From the NCBI GenBank assembly GCA_003246895.1, contig QKCL01000067.1, forward strand, positions 17,995 through 81,994: a stretch of 64,000 bases of DNA, read 5' to 3'. This document shows, piece by piece, positions 60,451 to 64,000 of the stretch (positions within the stretch are counted from its first letter, which is position 1; every line of letters starts with the position of its first letter). Both the position numbers and the translations under genes were made by a program. Below the pieces are notes generated by a model. It saw only the letters and a program-made list of their open reading frames with translations, did no database searches and had not been told where the DNA came from. Source of the DNA: Spirochaetota bacterium. Lineage in GTDB: Bacteria > Spirochaetota > UBA4802 > UBA5550.

Positions 60451-61490
60451 TAACTCAGAAAACTGTTTCTGATAATTGAATTGTTCTTAATATCTCTATT
60501 AACTCTTTTTCCCAGAATTTCGTCAAGCATATTGACCGGTATGCCTGTCCCGGGTCTTTGAAATTTTAATTTATCTGCCGTAAGCAGTTCTCCTTTCTTT
60601 ATATCTGTTGAAGCAAATATGCTCCTTCTTGCAGCTCTGGCTACATCATCTTCTCTTGAAGGTTTATATATCTCTCCGTCACCGAGCCTTTCTATGACGT
60701 CATTTACAGTAACTGTCATCTTCCTGAATTGTGCAGGTGTTACGGATACCGCATAATCAGGGCACTCATGACTCTCATTCAGTATAAAGTGTTTTTCAAA
60801 TATCATTGATCCCAATGATGCTGCAATTATCGGGTTGATAATTGAGCTGCTATGGTCGGAGAGTCCCACTTCAAGGTTAAAGGCCGACCTTAGTGAGGAT
60901 ATTCTTCCCAGGTTTGCCTCCCTGCCGTCTGTGGGGTAGAGGGAAACACAATGCATCAGGGAAATATCAGTGCCGGTTCCTGAAAAAATTCCTACAGCAT
61001 TCCTGATTTCATTTTCGTTGCTCATTCCAGTGGAGATAATAACGGGTTTCCCTGTTTTTGCCATTGCATTAAGGAGAGGGACATTGGTTATTTCTCCTGA
61101 TGCGACTTTGAGAATATCAACACCCATATTCATCAGGAGATCAAGGGATTCAATGTCAAAGGGGGCAGAAAAGAAAATAACTCCTTCCGATTCTGCGACA
61201 GATTTAAGGTGCCTCAGGTCTTTCTCCTTCAGTATGAACTGCTTCAGGAAGTCTATTATGGAAGTATCGGGAACTGTATCCGAGTCATTTTCAAGCAGAT
61301 CCTTTGTAAAAACCGAATTCATCAGTTCCGGTATGAAGGTCTGGAATTTTACAGCATGTGCTCCTGCTCCTGCCGATTCTATGATCATTTTTTCTGCAAC
61401 GGAGACATCTCCATTGTGGTTTAGGCCAATCTCTGAAATGAAAAAAGGTCTCTTTTTTTCTCCGTTATCTGTATCAGTAAAATAACTCAT
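60450..61490 (-). CDS. N-acetylneuraminate-synthase family (NeuB/PseI/LegI) with SAF domain
   Basis: SEIGLNHNGD, KFQTF, SAPFD, KVASGE, ISTGM, HCVSLYP, GLSDH, EKHF, RRS, RPGTG. Confidence 0.9.
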   Translation of the reverse strand: MSYFTDTDNGEKKRPFFISEIGLNHNGDVSVAEKMIIESAGAGAHAVKFQTFIPELMNSVFTKDLLENDSDTVPDTSIIDFLKQFILKEKDLRHLKSVAESEGVIFFSAPFDIESLDLLMNMGVDILKVASGEITNVPLLNAMAKTGKPVIISTGMSNENEIRNAVGIFSGTGTDISLMHCVSLYPTDGREANLGRISSLRSAFNLEVGLSDHSSSIINPIIAASLGSMIFEKHFILNESHECPDYAVSVTPAQFRKMTVTVNDVIERLGDGEIYKPSREDDVARAARRSIFASTDIKKGELLTADKLKFQRPGTGIPVNMLDEILGKRVNRDIKNNSIIRNSFLS

Positions 61491-61607
61491 TCTGGATGTG
61501 CTCCTTGGGTGGTTCTTTGTTTTCTATATAATTCTATCGGAAATTCAAGAATTTTTTATTGCATATTTCTTTCAGAAGGTTAAAGTCATATGTAACAGGA
61601 GGCATTC

Positions 61608-63098
61608 ATGGCTGGTAAAAAGTTTATACTTTCAATGGATCTGGGCACTACCGGAAACAGGGTCTACTGTTTTGATGAAAGGGGGAATCCCCTGTCCAGT
61701 GCTTATCGTGAATTCAGGCAGATTTTTCCAAAGCCCGGATGGGTGGAGCATGACCCTGTAGAGATATGGGAATCTGTACTTTCTCTTGCCTACATGGCCA
61801 TTAGGGAAGGGGGCCTTCAGCGAAAAGATGTTTTGTCCATCGGGATCACAAATCAGAGAGAAACAACGGTAATATGGGATTCTCTTACGGGAAAGCCGGT
61901 TTATAATGCCATTGTCTGGCAATGCAGGAGAACATCACAGATATGTGATCTGATCAAGTCCCATGGATATGAAAAAAGGATAAGGGATATCACTGGCCTT
62001 GTTGTGGATCCTTATTTTTCAGCGACCAAAATAAAATGGATCCTTGAAAATTGTGAAGCAGCCGGAGCTCTTGTGCCGTCTGGCAGGTTGAGATTCGGGA
62101 CAATTGATACATGGATTCTCTGGAATCTTACGGGAGGAGATTCTCATCTGACGGATTTTACCAATGCCTCAAGAACCATGCTTTATGATATAAGAAAAAA
62201 AACATGGTCAGACGAAATATGTGACTATCTGAAGATACCGCGTGAAATACTGCCCGGTGTTCAGGAATCTGCAAGTGTTTTCGGCAGAACGCGCGGAGTC
62301 GGGGTTTTCGATGACGGCGTTATTATAGGCGGAATGGCCGGTGATCAGCAGGCTGCAATGGCCGGTCAGGGGAGAGTCAATAAGGGGGATATAAAGAATA
62401 CCTACGGCACAGGGAGTTTTATTCTTTTAAATACCGGGGATGATTTTCTCCTTTCTGATAACGGCCTTTTGACAACACTTTCTCCAGATGACAAGGGAGG
62501 AGATTCTTATGCTCTTGAGGGATCTGTTTTTGTTACCGGTGCAGTAATCCAGTGGCTCAGGGATGAAATGAAATTTTTCGGTACCGCCGGTGATTCTGAA
62601 GAGATGGCCAGATCTGTGGATGTTCAGGACGAGATAGTATTTGTTCCGGCCTTTGTCGGGATGGGGGCTCCATACTGGGACATGAATGCCAGAGGTGCAA
62701 TTTTCGGTCTCACAAGGGATACAACCCAGGCGCAGATTGCCAGGGCTGCCCTTAAGTCAATTGCGCTTCAGTCCAGAGACGTGATTAAGGTAATGGTTGA
62801 AGAGACCGGAGTAATGATAGATAAACTCAGGGTTGACGGCGGTGCGACAGATAATGGCTTCCTCATGCAGTATCAGGCTGATATTCTGAATATCCCTGTT
62901 TCTGTTCCGGTTCACAGGGAGTCAACCGCACTGGGGGCGGCGTATCTGGCTGGTATCACATCGGGAATTTATTCCACAATTAGTGAGGTGTCATGCCTTA
63001 ACGGTGAGGTTAAGCTTTATCTTCCGGATATGGCGGAATTTGAACGGGAGAGGGAAATTAATTTGTGGACAAGGACTGTAAAAAAATTGATTAATTAA
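61608..63098 (+). CDS. glpK: Glycerol kinase
   Basis: DLGTTG, PGWVEHDP, TNQRET, GDQQAA, KNTYGTG, LEGSVF, VDGGA. Confidence 0.93.
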   Translation: MAGKKFILSMDLGTTGNRVYCFDERGNPLSSAYREFRQIFPKPGWVEHDPVEIWESVLSLAYMAIREGGLQRKDVLSIGITNQRETTVIWDSLTGKPVYNAIVWQCRRTSQICDLIKSHGYEKRIRDITGLVVDPYFSATKIKWILENCEAAGALVPSGRLRFGTIDTWILWNLTGGDSHLTDFTNASRTMLYDIRKKTWSDEICDYLKIPREILPGVQESASVFGRTRGVGVFDDGVIIGGMAGDQQAAMAGQGRVNKGDIKNTYGTGSFILLNTGDDFLLSDNGLLTTLSPDDKGGDSYALEGSVFVTGAVIQWLRDEMKFFGTAGDSEEMARSVDVQDEIVFVPAFVGMGAPYWDMNARGAIFGLTRDTTQAQIARAALKSIALQSRDVIKVMVEETGVMIDKLRVDGGATDNGFLMQYQADILNIPVSVPVHRESTALGAAYLAGITSGIYSTISEVSCLNGEVKLYLPDMAEFEREREINLWTRTVKKLIN

Positions 63099-63143
63099 AA
63101 ATATTTATGTATTATTGTTTATAAACGTTATACGGAGGATGAA

Positions 63144-63341
63144 ATGGCAAAGCCTTTATTGGGTGAAATGCTTGTAGAAAATGGAGTTATAACAAGGGAA
63201 CAGATGGATCAGGCTCTTGAAATTCAGGAGAGAGATGGCGGACTGATTGGAATAATTCTTGTCTCAGAGGGTATTATAAACGAACAGACACTTGTTGAGT
63301 ATCTTGCATTGCAGGCAAAAATTGTAACTAATTCAGAGTAG
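63144..63341 (+). CDS. Stand-alone MshEN/T2SSE-N-like small protein
   Basis: Two 24-aa motifs, LLGEMLVENGVITREQMDQALEIQ and LIGIILVSEGIINEQTLVEYLALQ; GGAGG RBS. Confidence 0.75.
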   Translation: MAKPLLGEMLVENGVITREQMDQALEIQERDGGLIGIILVSEGIINEQTLVEYLALQAKIVTNSE

Positions 63342-63353
63342 TATTATAAAGTT

Positions 63354-63375
63354 TGAGGAGGGGGGCCCCTCCTCA
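63354..63375. terminator. Hairpin between convergent genes
   Basis: TGAGGAGGG-GGGC-CCCTCCTCA. Confidence 0.6.
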
Positions 63376-63388
63376 GTATTGTTTTAGG

Positions 63389-64000
63389 TTATATTTCAAA
63401 TAACCAGTTGTTTCTGTCCTCAACATCGCCTTTCTGAATTCCTGTGAGCTCATTGTAGAGTGATTTTATTACAGGGCCGGCCTCTTCTCCATTGCCGAAT
63501 GTGTAGTCCGTACCATTGTAGTGGATCAGGTTTACCGGAGTAACTACTGCGGCAGTTCCTACGGCTCCGACTTCATCAAAACCCGACAGTTCCTTAACCT
63601 CAACATTCCTTTTTTCCACAGTCATTCCTTTCTGTTCTGCAATGATGGAAAGACTGTCGTTTGTGATGCTTTTGAGAATGCTTTCTGAAGAGGGAGTTAT
63701 ATATGTATTGTCTTTTATTGCAATGAAGTTTGATGTGCTGAATTCATCAATGTAATTATTCTCTTTCGGGTCAAGATGAAGCACTACAGGGTACCCTTTC
63801 TTTTTACCGTACTGTGCACCGGCCAGACCTGCTGCATAGTTTCCGCCTACTTTACAATCTCCCACACCATGGGGGGCAGCTCTGTCAAAATCTGTTACAA
63901 TAAGTGCGTTAACCGGGCTTAAGCCGCCTTTGTAGTATGGGCCGACAGGTGTAACAAATATCAGAAAGATGTATTCCTCTGCAGGTCCCAGCCCGACTTT
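63389..64000 (-). CDS. ilvE: Branched-chain amino-acid aminotransferase, 5'-truncated by the window edge
   Basis: Frame open to 64000: GPYY, DRAAP.G.G..KVGGNY, DE..TSN, SILKSIT, GTAAV. Confidence 0.88.
   Translation of the reverse strand, partial: KVGLGPAEEYIFLIFVTPVGPYYKGGLSPVNALIVTDFDRAAPHGVGDCKVGGNYAAGLAGAQYGKKKGYPVVLHLDPKENNYIDEFSTSNFIAIKDNTYITPSSESILKSITNDSLSIIAEQKGMTVEKRNVEVKELSGFDEVGAVGTAAVVTPVNLIHYNGTDYTFGNGEEAGPVIKSLYNELTGIQKGDVEDRNNWLFEI

Overview
A 64-kb bacterial chromosomal window, probably from an anaerobic spirochaete (inference from FecR, SH3b and MORN lipoproteins with spirochaete-like lipoboxes, NifU/NifS, IOR and type III glutamine synthetase). Most of it is housekeeping or metabolic: fba, hisJ-like PHP, TolC-MacAB, metY-Rrf2-pgeF-nifUS, paaK-ACT-iorAB, leuA, panP, murB, cysS-rlmB, a two-component cluster, arsC, CDF, mmuM, glnA(III), an HDAC/hydantoinase/deacetylase/neuB run, glpK and a partial ilvE. 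The exception is an accessory island at about 26.0-32.7 kb. It holds a 17x21-bp tandem array, a lone IS256-like end fused to a headless toxin-like ORF followed by a MORN-repeat protein, and a DUF3467-like gene split by a 111-nt highly structured insertion. It also holds a second structured non-coding block sharing a covarying hairpin plus the 12-mer ATCAACCTCATC with that insertion, about ten small palindromes with GGA/TCC loop cores, a pseudogene fragment, and an SH3-like lipoprotein flanked by degenerate direct repeats. No enzyme for these elements is encoded in the window. Other highlights are an unannotated Leu-rich leader peptide and attenuator upstream of leuA, a tandem pair of complementary-degenerate class III cyclase-like genes, and a stand-alone degenerate MshEN-like protein. 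No rRNA, tRNA or CRISPR array was recognised. All family calls are by eye from motifs; no searches were run.
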